A stretch of 64,000 nucleotides of DNA from an uncultured Clostridia bacterium (lineage in GTDB: Bacteria; CAYTYR01; UBA6262): positions 1 to 64,000 of the forward strand of contig CAYTYR010000005.1 in NCBI GenBank assembly GCA_964441745.1, in the 5' to 3' direction. Of this stretch, positions 9,367-20,531 are shown piece by piece. Under the pieces are notes generated by a model that saw only the letters and a program-made list of their open reading frames with translations, searched no databases and had not been told where the DNA came from. Each line of letters opens with the position of its first letter. The first letter of the stretch is position 1. Both the position numbers and the translations under genes were made by a program.

Positions 9367-10524
9367 ATGCGCGGTAACAGACTATTTAAATTCATAGATG
9401 CTTATGTCGGTAAATCCTTGTTGTTTGTTTGCGGTAAGCTATTCAAGCAAAAGATTCAACTATCTTCAATGCGCTACCAGCCTGACCGGATATTGCTGAT
9501 CAAGCTTTCAGCCATGGGAGATACGATCTTAATGACCCCGGCTATCCGTAATCTGAGACAGACTTATCCCAAAGCGATCATTAAAATGATCGTGACCAAA
9601 GTTAACCAGGAAGTATTGGCCGATTGTCCTTACCTTGATGAATTGATCTTACTGGATCTGGAAAGGATAGTAAAAAAACCCTGGTTATTACTAAATTTTG
9701 TAAGATTATTGAGAAAAGAGTATTTTGATCTGGCTATTGATTTTGACCAATGGTTAAGGATTTCACCTTTGCTGGCTTTTCTATCCGGAGCGGAACAAAG
9801 AATAGGATTTCAAACCACGGGGCAGCATCGTGATCAGACTTATACCAAACAGGTAGTCCATGATGCGGATAAACATGAAGTAGAATGTTTTCTGGATCTG
9901 TTGCGGGCAATTGATATCCCGATCAATGATAAAGATCCGGAACTATGGATCCGCAAGTCATCCGGTAATCAGGTCAACAAAAAACTGGTTGATTGGGGGA
10001 TAGAAAAAGGGGAGATACTGATCGGTATTCATCCTGGCTGCGGCAGTCATGGGTTTCCCAGGCAATGGCCAGCAGAATATTACTTGGAATTGATCACCAA
10101 ATTACAAGCGGAACAAAGAGGAAAAATCATTTTGACCGGGGGTTCCCAGGAAAAAGAGCTCGTAGCTGGCATTGCGGCAAAGCTGGAAAATAAACCGTTG
10201 GTTGCTGTCGGTTGGGATTTAGCAGAAACTATAGCCTTGGTCAAAAAATTTAAGGTTCTTATCTGCGGCAACACAGGAGTAATGCATATTGCCGCTGCCG
10301 TCAAAACTCCAGTGGTGGCTCTCCATGGGCCCACTAATCCTAAAAAATGGGGACCTTGGGGTGAAAACCATACCATCATCACAGCCCACCAGGATTGTAG
10401 CCCTTGTCTTTATCTCGGATTTGAATATGCCTGCCATGATTATCACTGCATGGCTACGATTACCGTAGATGAAGTGTATGAGGCGGTTTGCAGTATCTTA
10501 ATAGTACTTGGAAATTGCCATTAA
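9367..10524 (+). CDS. GT9 LPS heptosyltransferase
   Basis: LSAMGDTIL, HPGCG, NTGVMHIAAA, HGPT, CSPC. Confidence 0.88.
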   Translation: MRGNRLFKFIDAYVGKSLLFVCGKLFKQKIQLSSMRYQPDRILLIKLSAMGDTILMTPAIRNLRQTYPKAIIKMIVTKVNQEVLADCPYLDELILLDLERIVKKPWLLLNFVRLLRKEYFDLAIDFDQWLRISPLLAFLSGAEQRIGFQTTGQHRDQTYTKQVVHDADKHEVECFLDLLRAIDIPINDKDPELWIRKSSGNQVNKKLVDWGIEKGEILIGIHPGCGSHGFPRQWPAEYYLELITKLQAEQRGKIILTGGSQEKELVAGIAAKLENKPLVAVGWDLAETIALVKKFKVLICGNTGVMHIAAAVKTPVVALHGPTNPKKWGPWGENHTIITAHQDCSPCLYLGFEYACHDYHCMATITVDEVYEAVCSILIVLGNCH

Positions 10525-10536
10525 ATTTGCTATAAT
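10508..10536 (+). promoter_or_regulatory. Putative sigma70 promoter
   Basis: TTGGAA-17 nt-TATAAT with extended -10 TG. Confidence 0.5.
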
Positions 10537-10566
10537 ATGGTTTTATTAATGGTCAAAAGGATGTAT

Positions 10567-11994
10567 ATGCCAAACAAAAGGATCCCTGTATATCTAAAAA
10601 TCCTGGCTTTGCTGATAGATGGTATTATTATCTATCTGGCTTTCTATCTGGCTTTCTGGATAAGATTTTATTCAGGATATATGATCCCTGATAAAGGCAT
10701 CCCTTCTTTGACACTCTACACGCAGGCTTTTGGGGTAATTACTTTGGTTAGTCTGCTGGCGTTTAAAATAAACGGATTATATATTTTAAAAGATAGGTTT
10801 TCATTAGATGAGTTTCCGGATATACTTAAAGCAGTCACTGTTTCCGCTATCATTGTTATGGCAGTGACCTTTTTATACCGGCAGTTTACTTTTTCCCGGA
10901 TCGTTCTTTTGTTGGGTTGGTTTATTAATATTGTTCTTATTTCCATATGGAGATCTGCCTATAGTCGATTCCGCCGGTATTTAAAGTATAAGTTAAGCGG
11001 CATCAAAAAAGTATTGCTCGTAGGAGCCGGCCGGCTAGCTAAGGAAATTTACCAGATCGTACAAGCTGACCAGCAGATTGAATATAAAATAGTAGGAATA
11101 GTAAATTACCCGAAGATCGAGCGAAAAGACTGGAGTGAGTTTAAAAACATTCCAGTTTTTGAGGGAATTGAAAACCTGAGTGAAATTATCCAAAAACTGC
11201 AGATCAATGAGATCATTATGACCAAATTGCCGGAAGCCAGCGGGCAAATGCTGGACATTATCACCCAAGCTGAGAAAACCGGAGTGGAATTTAAGATCAT
11301 CCCGGATGTGCTAGGGCTCATTACTACCCGCAGTACCTTAGATAGTATTTTTGGCTTACCGGTATTGACGCTGAAAAAAATTAAATTACGCGGAGTGAAT
11401 GCTCTATTTAAAAGAAGCCTGGATATTATTATCTCAGCTGGTCTTTTAGCGATAATTGCGCTTCCTATGCTCATTATAGCGATCATTATTAAACTGGATT
11501 CTTCCGGCCCGGTTTTTTACCGGCACCCGCGTATGGGCTACAAAGGTAATTCTTTTGAGTTTTTGAAATTTCGCAGTATGGTCGCAGATGCTGATGACCG
11601 GCTCAAGGATGTGATCCATTTGAATGAGAGGAAAGGGCCTGTTTTTAAAATGAAGAATGATCCCCGCATCACTAAATTCGGTAGATTTATCCGCCATTAT
11701 AGCCTGGATGAATTACCACAATTTATTAATGTATTAAAAGGGGACATGAGTATTGTCGGGCCACGGCCACAGGTACTCTGGGAAGCTTCCCATTATGATG
11801 AATGGGCCAAGCGCCGCCTGATGGTCCTGCCTGGTATCACTGGCTTATGGCAGGTCAGTGGCCGGAGCAACCTGAGCTATGAAGAAATGATCAAGCTGGA
11901 TATCTATTACATTGAAAACTGGTCCTTATGGCTGGATATAGAAATAATTTTGCAAACTATACCCACGGTTTTGTTTGCCAGGGGAGCATATTAG
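10567..11994 (+). CDS. Undecaprenyl-phosphate glycosylphosphotransferase (WcaJ/WbaP-like priming transferase)
   Basis: N-terminal TM helices, KRSLDI, KFRSM, DPRIT, SLDELPQFINVLKGDMSIVGPRP, PGITGLWQVSGR; start uncertain (10537-10567). Confidence 0.92.
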   Translation: MPNKRIPVYLKILALLIDGIIIYLAFYLAFWIRFYSGYMIPDKGIPSLTLYTQAFGVITLVSLLAFKINGLYILKDRFSLDEFPDILKAVTVSAIIVMAVTFLYRQFTFSRIVLLLGWFINIVLISIWRSAYSRFRRYLKYKLSGIKKVLLVGAGRLAKEIYQIVQADQQIEYKIVGIVNYPKIERKDWSEFKNIPVFEGIENLSEIIQKLQINEIIMTKLPEASGQMLDIITQAEKTGVEFKIIPDVLGLITTRSTLDSIFGLPVLTLKKIKLRGVNALFKRSLDIIISAGLLAIIALPMLIIAIIIKLDSSGPVFYRHPRMGYKGNSFEFLKFRSMVADADDRLKDVIHLNERKGPVFKMKNDPRITKFGRFIRHYSLDELPQFINVLKGDMSIVGPRPQVLWEASHYDEWAKRRLMVLPGITGLWQVSGRSNLSYEEMIKLDIYYIENWSLWLDIEIILQTIPTVLFARGAY

Positions 11995-12051
11995 GAGCAG
12001 CGTTCAGCGTATAGCGTACAGCGTTCAGAAAAACTATTTGGGAGGAATTAG

Positions 12052-12984
12052 TTGAAAATCTTAGTCACTGGCGGAGCGGGATTCATAGGTTCAAATATAA
12101 CAGACGCTTATATTTCAGCCGGACACAAGGTGGTCATAATTGACAACCTTTCTTCCGGTAAATTACATAATGTTAACAAAAAAGCTAAATTCTATCAGGC
12201 TGATATCAGGGATGCTAAAAAGATCAGTGAAATATTCAAGCGGGAGAGATTTGATATCGTTAATCACCACGCGGCGCAGATTGATGTGCGCAAATCAGTC
12301 CTGGATCCTGTCTTTGACGCCCAGGTTAATATTCTTGGGACACTTAACCTGTTGGAAAATTGCGTTAAATATAAAGTAAAAAAGTTCATCTTTGCCTCCA
12401 GCGGCGGGGTAATGTATGGTGAGTGCGGGAAAACTCCGCCGCCGGAAACAGTGCCGGCCAATCCGTTATCACCATATGGCGTTACCAAGCACACTACTGA
12501 AGTTTATCTGAATTATTATGCTGTTACCTATGGTTTGAAATATCTTATTTTCCGTTATGGCAATGTTTATGGCCCAAGGCAGGATCCGCATGGGGAAGCA
12601 GGCGTGGTGGCGATATTTATCCAGCGGATAATCAGTAATACTGAAATAAATATTTTCGGTAACGGAGAACAGTTGCGTGACTATGTTTTTGTCGGCGATG
12701 TGGTCCGGGCCAATTTGCTTGGGTTGAAAAAAGGTGTCAATACGATAATTAATATTGGTACCCAGAAAGCTTCAAGTGTAAATACCCTGTATGATGAATT
12801 ATCAACCATTACTGGCTATGACCTGAAAGCTGTCTATAAACCGCCACGGCTGGGAGAATTGCAAAAGAGTTTCCTGAATACGGCCAAAGCGAAGAAATTG
12901 CTTGGCTGGCAGTCAGAAGTCAGTTTTAAGGAAGGGTTAGCCAAAACAGTAGATTATTTTAAAGAAAACAGTTTTAAGTTATAA
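12052..12984 (+). CDS. UDP-glucose 4-epimerase-like extended SDR
   Basis: TGGAGFIGS, HHAAQIDVRKS, YGVTK (YxxxK), NVYGPRQDPHGEAGVV. Confidence 0.9.
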   Translation: MKILVTGGAGFIGSNITDAYISAGHKVVIIDNLSSGKLHNVNKKAKFYQADIRDAKKISEIFKRERFDIVNHHAAQIDVRKSVLDPVFDAQVNILGTLNLLENCVKYKVKKFIFASSGGVMYGECGKTPPPETVPANPLSPYGVTKHTTEVYLNYYAVTYGLKYLIFRYGNVYGPRQDPHGEAGVVAIFIQRIISNTEINIFGNGEQLRDYVFVGDVVRANLLGLKKGVNTIINIGTQKASSVNTLYDELSTITGYDLKAVYKPPRLGELQKSFLNTAKAKKLLGWQSEVSFKEGLAKTVDYFKENSFKL

Positions 12985-12988
12985 GTTA

Positions 12989-13036
12989 TCCCCTGCTGAT
13001 TTGTCTTAAAGGACAAATCAAAAACGCGGGGACAGG
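12989..13036 (-). repeat. CCTG+hairpin micro-element (long TCCCC...GGGGA-CAGG type) inserted in a heptamer array
   Basis: TCCCC...GGGGACAGG with an internal GATTTGTC/GACAAATC stem; the flanks rejoin as GTTA|TAA. Confidence 0.7.
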
Positions 13037-13117
13037 TAAGTTTTGAGTTAATGTAAAAAGATTTTCACCATAATTTAAAACTCAACACTCAAAATTGATT
13101 TATTCTTGGGGGTTCCC

Positions 13118-14173
13118 GTGAAAGCGCTTATTCTGATTGGTGGCTTCGGTACCAGGCTTAGGCCTTTTACCTGCAATACGCCAAAACCTTTATTGCCTAT
13201 TGTCAATAAACCGTTCTTACTCTACCAGATCGAGTTATTGAAGAAATATGGAATTAAAGAAGTGATATTTTGCCTGTCTTATCTGTCGCATACTTTTGAA
13301 AATCACTTTGGTAATGGCTCTAAATATGGGATCAAAATACATTATGTCCATGAACATGATCCGCTCGGGACCGGTGGCGCGATCAAGAATGCGCAAAAAT
13401 ACATTGATCGCCGGGTATTGATCTTTAATGGCGATGTCTTGATGGATATTGATATTGAAGCTATGCGCCATTACCATGTCAAGAACAAGGCTAAAGCCAC
13501 AATCGCCTTGACCAGGGTGAAAGACCCTACTGTGTATGGCCTGGTAGAGACGGCCAAAAATGGCCGGATCGAAAGGTTTTTAGAAAAACCTAGTTGGGAT
13601 GAAGTTACCTGCAATACTATAAACGCCGGAGTATATATTTTTGAACCCGAAGTTTTATCATTAATACCGCCAGAAATCAATTATTCAGTGGAAAGGGGAT
13701 TATTTCCTAATTTGCTATCTAAGAATGAAAAGCTTTTTGGTTTTGTTAATACCAGTTATTGGATCGATATGGGCTCTATTGAAAAGTATTTGCAGGTACA
13801 TTTTGACATAATCGATGGCATAGCCGGAGCCAACATTGCTGGCCGTAAAACCGGCAAGAATATCTGGCAGGGAAACAATAGTTTTATCAGTAAAGAAGCG
13901 GTAATAGCTGGCAAACTGGTGATGGGTAATAAAGCCAGGATTGAAGAATTTGCCCAGATCAACGGCAAAGTCACTCTTGGCGACGGCGTGATAATCCGCA
14001 AAGGCGCGATATTAAGTGATTGTGTGGTCCATGATCATACGGAAGTAGGAGAAGGCTCCAGGCTGGAAAAATGCCTCGTCGGCAAACAGTGTATCATTGA
14101 ACCGCATACTTCTCTAAGCCCAGGGACAGCTTTAGCCGACCACTCGATCCTGAAAAAGTATAGTAAATTGTAG
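13118..14173 (+). CDS. NDP-sugar pyrophosphorylase (mannose-1-phosphate guanylyltransferase-like) with LbH tail
   Basis: GGFGTRLRP, PKPLLP, PLGTGGA, FLEKP, INAGVY; hexapeptide C-terminus. Confidence 0.88.
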   Translation: MKALILIGGFGTRLRPFTCNTPKPLLPIVNKPFLLYQIELLKKYGIKEVIFCLSYLSHTFENHFGNGSKYGIKIHYVHEHDPLGTGGAIKNAQKYIDRRVLIFNGDVLMDIDIEAMRHYHVKNKAKATIALTRVKDPTVYGLVETAKNGRIERFLEKPSWDEVTCNTINAGVYIFEPEVLSLIPPEINYSVERGLFPNLLSKNEKLFGFVNTSYWIDMGSIEKYLQVHFDIIDGIAGANIAGRKTGKNIWQGNNSFISKEAVIAGKLVMGNKARIEEFAQINGKVTLGDGVIIRKGAILSDCVVHDHTEVGEGSRLEKCLVGKQCIIEPHTSLSPGTALADHSILKKYSKL

Positions 14174-14270
14174 AACAGATGCAAACTGATAAAGATACGG
14201 ATTCAAACGGATAGAATGTCTGTCTGCATCCGCAATAATTTGTGTGCATCCGTAGAGTGAGAGGTTTTAT

Positions 14271-15686
14271 TTGACCACAGAAATTAAGTTTGGCACCGAT
14301 GGCTGGCGCGGGATAATTGCCCGCGACTTTACATTTAATAATGTCCGCTTAGTCACCCAATCTATCAGCGACTACCTTAAACAGCGTACAGCGGTCAGCG
14401 TACAGCGGTCAGTAGTAATTGTAGGGTACGATTGTCGTTTTCTGTCAAAAGAATATGCTGTTGCCGTCTCTGAAGTGTTATCAGGGAATGGTTTTAAAGT
14501 ATTATTGAGCGATCAGACAGTCCCAACCCCGGCTGTCTCCTATAATGTGGTGAACAAAAAAGCGGCTGGAGCAATAATCATTACTGCCAGTCATAATCCC
14601 TATGAATTCAACGGCTTGAAGTTTAAAACAGCGCAAGGCGCTTCAGCTCATCCGGAAGTGACCAGTCTATTCGAACAATCCTTACGGCAGACTTCTGTCC
14701 GGCAGGATCAAAAGAGTATTAAGAAAGTTGATCTTAAGAAAACCTACTTAAACCATCTGCAGACAATGGTGGATATTAATAAAATCCGCCGACAGAAGCT
14801 AAGTATAGTCATTGACCCTCTTTACGGTGCAGGCCAGGGGTGTTTGGAAGAATTATTGGCGGGAGGGTCCCTCAAACTTACTGCAATTAATAGCGCTCAT
14901 AATCCCCTGTTTGGAGGTATCCATCCAGAGCCGATAGCCAGCAATCTTAGTGCTTTAATGAGTACCGTAAAAGAGCGTAAAGCTGATATTGGCATCGCCC
15001 TGGATGGGGATGCTGACCGTATAGGACTGGTAGACAACAAGGGTGTTTTTGTTAATTCCCATCAGATTTTTTCGCTGTTGTTGCTGCATTTGATCAGAAA
15101 CCGGAAGAAAAAAGGGTCAGTAGTTAAAACGATCTCCGGGACCAGTTTGATCGGACGGATTTGCCAAAAAAATAATCTGAAATTAGTTGAGACTCCAATC
15201 GGTTTCAAGTACATTGGTGATATTATGTTGAAAGAAAAGGTGCTCATTGGCGGGGAGGAAAGCGGCGGAATCGGATTTAGCGGACACATTCCGGAGCGGG
15301 ATGCTCTCTTAAGTGCGCTGTATATACTGGAAATGATGGCCATGACTGGCCAAAGCCTGATTAGTCTGAAAAAGGAATTATTTGCTGAATTTGGTGTGTC
15401 CTGCTACGATCGCATTGATCTAAAAATAGGCCGTGCCCAGCATCATCATATTGATAAGAAAGATTTTTCCAGGCAAATAGCCGGTATTGTTTCTGCTTTA
15501 CCGCTGGTTAAGGAAATAAAAGATTATGATGGCGTAAAGATCATGTTTGAAGATGACAGTTGGCTGCTCTTACGGCCATCCGGTACTGAACCTGTGGTCC
15601 GGATCTATGCCGAAGCGGATAACCAATCACAGGTCAAAAAACTGATTGACTTAGGCCAGAAATTAGTGTACAAAGTACAAAAATAA
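14271..15686 (+). CDS. Phosphoglucomutase/phosphomannomutase
   Basis: FGTDGWRG, TASHNP, DGDADR, GEESGG, RPSGTEP. Confidence 0.93.
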   Translation: MTTEIKFGTDGWRGIIARDFTFNNVRLVTQSISDYLKQRTAVSVQRSVVIVGYDCRFLSKEYAVAVSEVLSGNGFKVLLSDQTVPTPAVSYNVVNKKAAGAIIITASHNPYEFNGLKFKTAQGASAHPEVTSLFEQSLRQTSVRQDQKSIKKVDLKKTYLNHLQTMVDINKIRRQKLSIVIDPLYGAGQGCLEELLAGGSLKLTAINSAHNPLFGGIHPEPIASNLSALMSTVKERKADIGIALDGDADRIGLVDNKGVFVNSHQIFSLLLLHLIRNRKKKGSVVKTISGTSLIGRICQKNNLKLVETPIGFKYIGDIMLKEKVLIGGEESGGIGFSGHIPERDALLSALYILEMMAMTGQSLISLKKELFAEFGVSCYDRIDLKIGRAQHHHIDKKDFSRQIAGIVSALPLVKEIKDYDGVKIMFEDDSWLLLRPSGTEPVVRIYAEADNQSQVKKLIDLGQKLVYKVQK

Positions 15687-15707
15687 CGGCACTTATTCGA
15701 GGTTAAT

Positions 15708-16748
15708 ATGAAGGCAATGGTGATGGCAGCTGGTGTGGGGACACGATTGCGGCCGCTGACACATTTTATACCTAAACCGATGATTCCTATCGTCAATAAA
15801 CCGGCGCTTGAGCATACCTTGGACCTGCTCAAGAAGCATGGTTTTGACGAAGTGGTCATTAATCTGCATTCATATCCGGAAATGATCAAAAATTATTTTA
15901 AAGATGGACAGCACTATGGGATCAAAATCCATTATTCGCTGGAGAAAACACTACTGGGGACCGCTGGAGGAGTAAAAAAAGCCGAGAAATGTTTTGATGA
16001 TACTTTCGTGGTGATGAGCGGTGATGGCCTTACTGATATTGATCTAACCCGGGTGCTGGAGTTCCATAAAAAGAAAAAATCATTGGCGACTATGGTTTTA
16101 AAGAAAGTAGATTCACGTTTTGACTATGGCGTGACCTTGATCGATCGACATAATCGGATTAAGAAATTTATTGAAAAACCTGCGTGGAGCGATGTTTTTG
16201 CCAATACCGTAAATACTGGTATTTATTTTTTTGAAACGGAAATATTTAACTATATTCCAAAAGAAAAATTCTTTGATTTTGGCCGGGATGTTTGGCCTTT
16301 ACTGCTGGGTAAGAAAAAACCGATCTTTGGTTTTGAAATGAATTCCTACTGGTGTGATATCGGGAATCTGCAAGAGTATAAACGGGCTGAGAAGAATGCC
16401 CTGGAAGGGGCGGTAAAAGTAAAGATCCCCGGCAAGATTAAGAAGAAAAATATCTGGGTGGGTGAGAATACTTTTATTCATCCTCAGGTAAAAATTTCCG
16501 GGCCGGTAGTGATCGGTAGTAACTGCCAAATAGAAAAAGGAGTAACCATAAACAGCTTCACTACGATCGGAAATAATAATATAATTGAAGAAGGAGCAGT
16601 ACTCAGTGATTGTATCCTCTGGTCAGGGGTGCAAGTGTCCAAGGGAGTACATCTGCGGAATTGCGTGATCGGCAATCAAGCCAAGATCAGTGAGAATATC
16701 TCTGTTTTTGAAGGTTCAGTCATTAACATAGATGAGAAAAAAACATAA
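15708..16748 (+). CDS. Second NDP-sugar pyrophosphorylase (M1P guanylyltransferase-like) with LbH tail
   Basis: AAGVGTRLRP, PKPMIP, LGTAGG, FIEKP, VNTGIY, FDFG, YWCDIG. Confidence 0.88.
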   Translation: MKAMVMAAGVGTRLRPLTHFIPKPMIPIVNKPALEHTLDLLKKHGFDEVVINLHSYPEMIKNYFKDGQHYGIKIHYSLEKTLLGTAGGVKKAEKCFDDTFVVMSGDGLTDIDLTRVLEFHKKKKSLATMVLKKVDSRFDYGVTLIDRHNRIKKFIEKPAWSDVFANTVNTGIYFFETEIFNYIPKEKFFDFGRDVWPLLLGKKKPIFGFEMNSYWCDIGNLQEYKRAEKNALEGAVKVKIPGKIKKKNIWVGENTFIHPQVKISGPVVIGSNCQIEKGVTINSFTTIGNNNIIEEGAVLSDCILWSGVQVSKGVHLRNCVIGNQAKISENISVFEGSVINIDEKKT

Positions 16749-16753
16749 AAGCA

Positions 16754-16853
16754 GATTACACCGATTAGAAAGAAAGATTACACCGATTATAAGCTTTTAA
16801 AATCTGTGTAATCCCTGTCCGCCTCTGGCGGATCTTTGGAAATCTGTGTAATC
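16754..16853. repeat. Inverted GATTACACCGATT/AATCTGTGTAATC repeat block with a CCTG+hairpin insert (16814-16832)
   Basis: Two forward and two reverse-complement units; CCTGTCCGCCTCTGGCGGA inside. Confidence 0.85.
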
Positions 16854-16875
16854 GCAATTAAAAGGGAGGAAGAGA

Positions 16876-18081
16876 ATGTTTAAGAGGGATTTTGTTTTTA
16901 CCAGTGAAAGCGTAACTGAAGGTCATCCAGACAAGGTCTGCGACCAGATCTCCGATGCCGTGGTGGATGAGATTTACCGTTTGGACCCGCCCAACAAAAA
17001 TAATTTTCACAGCCGGGTAGCATGTGAAACATTTATTACCGTGGGCTTGGTGATCGTTGGCGGCGAGATCACTACAACGGCTTATGTGGATTTGCCGCAA
17101 TTGGTCCGCGGGGTCATCAAGGATATAGGATATACAGACGTAAAATATGGTTTTAATTATGAAACTTGCGCTGTTCTTAACGCCATTGGTAAGCAATCCC
17201 CGGATATAGCCCAGGGGGTAGGGCGCAAAGGCAAAGTGATTGGCGCCGGTGACCAGGGACTGATGATCGGTTATGCTTGCAATGAAACCCCGGAACTGAT
17301 GCCTATGCCGATTATGCTGGCGCACAGCCTTTCCAGGAGATTAGCTGAAGTCAGGAAGAAAAAGATCCTGTCTTACTTGGGCCCTGATGGCAAATCCCAG
17401 GTAACAGTACGGTATGAAGATAAGAAACCGGTAGCAGTTGATAAGATCGTGATCTCCAGCCAGCATACAGAAGAAGCATTAGATAAGAAAACTGATAATA
17501 TGGCTAATTGGGCTAAGGAAGAGATCATTGAATCGATCATTAAACCGATTATCCCTGCCCGTTTAATGAAAAATTTTAACTGGAAAAAAGATTGTTTCAT
17601 TAACCCTACCGGCAGGTTCCTGGTCGGTGGACCGCAGTCAGATACTGGTATGACCGGAAGAAAAATAATTGTCGATACCTATGGCGGAATGGCTGCCCAT
17701 GGCGGTGGCGCGTTCTCCGGCAAAGATGCTACCAAAGTTGACCGCAGCGCAACCTATATGGCCCGCTACATCGCTAAAAACGTGGTAGCCAGCGGTTTAG
17801 CTGAAAGATGTACGGTCCAATTAGCTTACGCTATCGGGGTCCCCGAACCAGTCAGTGTCATGGTCGACACCATGGGGACAAGTACGGTCGATGAAGCCAA
17901 GATTGAAAAAGCCGTGATCAAGAACTTCCGCCTGGATCCTCGCGGCATAATTGATTCTCTGGAACTATACAAACCAATCTTCCGGAAAACCGCCAGTTAT
18001 GGCCATTTTGGCCGTTCTGAGAGCGAGTTTACCTGGGAACGGACTGATAAGGCTGAAGCGATCAGGAAAGACGCTAAGTAA
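16876..18081 (+). CDS. metK: S-adenosylmethionine synthetase
   Basis: [37 protein letters not shown]. Confidence 0.97.
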   Translation: MFKRDFVFTSESVTEGHPDKVCDQISDAVVDEIYRLDPPNKNNFHSRVACETFITVGLVIVGGEITTTAYVDLPQLVRGVIKDIGYTDVKYGFNYETCAVLNAIGKQSPDIAQGVGRKGKVIGAGDQGLMIGYACNETPELMPMPIMLAHSLSRRLAEVRKKKILSYLGPDGKSQVTVRYEDKKPVAVDKIVISSQHTEEALDKKTDNMANWAKEEIIESIIKPIIPARLMKNFNWKKDCFINPTGRFLVGGPQSDTGMTGRKIIVDTYGGMAAHGGGAFSGKDATKVDRSATYMARYIAKNVVASGLAERCTVQLAYAIGVPEPVSVMVDTMGTSTVDEAKIEKAVIKNFRLDPRGIIDSLELYKPIFRKTASYGHFGRSESEFTWERTDKAEAIRKDAK

Positions 18082-18092
18082 TTAAAAATGAA

Positions 18093-18135
18093 TCCCCTCT
18101 GTTTTTACAGACACAAAACTGGCAGGGGGGACAGG
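18093..18135 (-). repeat. CCTG+hairpin micro-element (long type)
   Basis: TCCCCTCTGTTTTTACAGACACAAAACTGGCAGGGGGGACAGG, closely similar to 54931-54971. Confidence 0.75.
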
Positions 18136-18150
18136 CACAGATTAAAATAA

Positions 18151-19428
<1,278 letters not shown>

Positions 19429-19545
19429 AACAGCTTATGGCGGATAGCGTATAGCGTATAGCGAAAAACTGAAAAACTGGTTTACAATTTAAGCGTTTTT
19501 GTGATATAGAGGTGAAGGAAGTTAATTTAGGTGAGGGAGGCTGTT

Positions 19546-20517
19546 ATGTCTGGTAGAGGCAAATTAGTTGCTATCTTTCTTGTGTTAGCGATGGTATTCA
19601 GCTTAGCTGGGTGCAGTAAGACTACTAATATCTTCGGTTGGACGCATAAGGGAGGCAGTGATACCAGCTCCGAATCACTGCTATCAGATGGCCAAGCAGC
19701 TTTGAATAGCGAAGACTACAATGATGCTTTGACCTATTATAACGATATTTTGAGCCAGGACTCGGATAACTCTGAAGCCTTATATGGAAAAGCCCAGGCC
19801 CTGATCGGGTTAGGTGGATTAAATTTAGCGGAACTGATCGCTGAGGTAATTAAAGACACCGCTTTAGATGATAATTCACCAGTGATTGCCAATAATGAAC
19901 TTGGCGTTTTTTTCAGCAGGACCAAGCACACTTCTGCTTCTGAGGATCTCCTGCCAGAGTCTTTGGATCTGCCGCAGCTGTATGAGACAGCTAAAGCAGT
20001 AGTGCCAATATTAAAACTAATTGCTGACGGTAATAGCGATGGCGTTATCCCGGCTGACGATCCTGATGTCAATATTAACCTGGCTTTTTTTATCACTATC
20101 CAGGCAGTATGCCGTTTATTGGACGATAATAATGACTTAGTCCCCGGTGGTAACGGCGATCTGGTACAGGTGCTGAATTCTGACGGTGATTGGACTGTTT
20201 CCCTGCCGGATGCCAGTACTATACCTGTTACCAGCAGCGATCCAACCGTGACAACGCAAAGTACTCTGCGCGATCAGGTCCAGCAAGCTATTGATGATGA
20301 ATTTGGTATTGCCTTGACCACTTTAGGAGCTATGAATTATCTGGAAAAAGCGATCAATAAAGTCAAGGCCAAAGATGACTCAGCGCTCATGGATCTTTGG
20401 AATAATTTTGATGACTTAAAACTAAGCATTAAGGACCAGATTGATACTAATGTTAATCCGAAGATGGATGCTTCCATCGCAGATATAGTCTGGCAGCCGC
20501 ATGCTTCGCTACTATAA
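19546..20517 (+). CDS. Acidic TPR-containing lipoprotein
   Basis: Signal peptide with lipobox LAGC; TPR-like AL..EDYNDAL..Y...EALYGKAQA; start after GGGAGG. Confidence 0.65.
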   Translation: MSGRGKLVAIFLVLAMVFSLAGCSKTTNIFGWTHKGGSDTSSESLLSDGQAALNSEDYNDALTYYNDILSQDSDNSEALYGKAQALIGLGGLNLAELIAEVIKDTALDDNSPVIANNELGVFFSRTKHTSASEDLLPESLDLPQLYETAKAVVPILKLIADGNSDGVIPADDPDVNINLAFFITIQAVCRLLDDNNDLVPGGNGDLVQVLNSDGDWTVSLPDASTIPVTSSDPTVTTQSTLRDQVQQAIDDEFGIALTTLGAMNYLEKAINKVKAKDDSALMDLWNNFDDLKLSIKDQIDTNVNPKMDASIADIVWQPHASLL

Positions 20518-20531
20518 AGAGGAGGGATACA

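Noticed and set aside
16749-16875. SAM riboswitch upstream of metK
   Set aside because: The gap is fully explained by GATTAC repeats and one hairpin insert; no SAM-I core (ATC.AGAG...GCAACC...GTGC) is visible.
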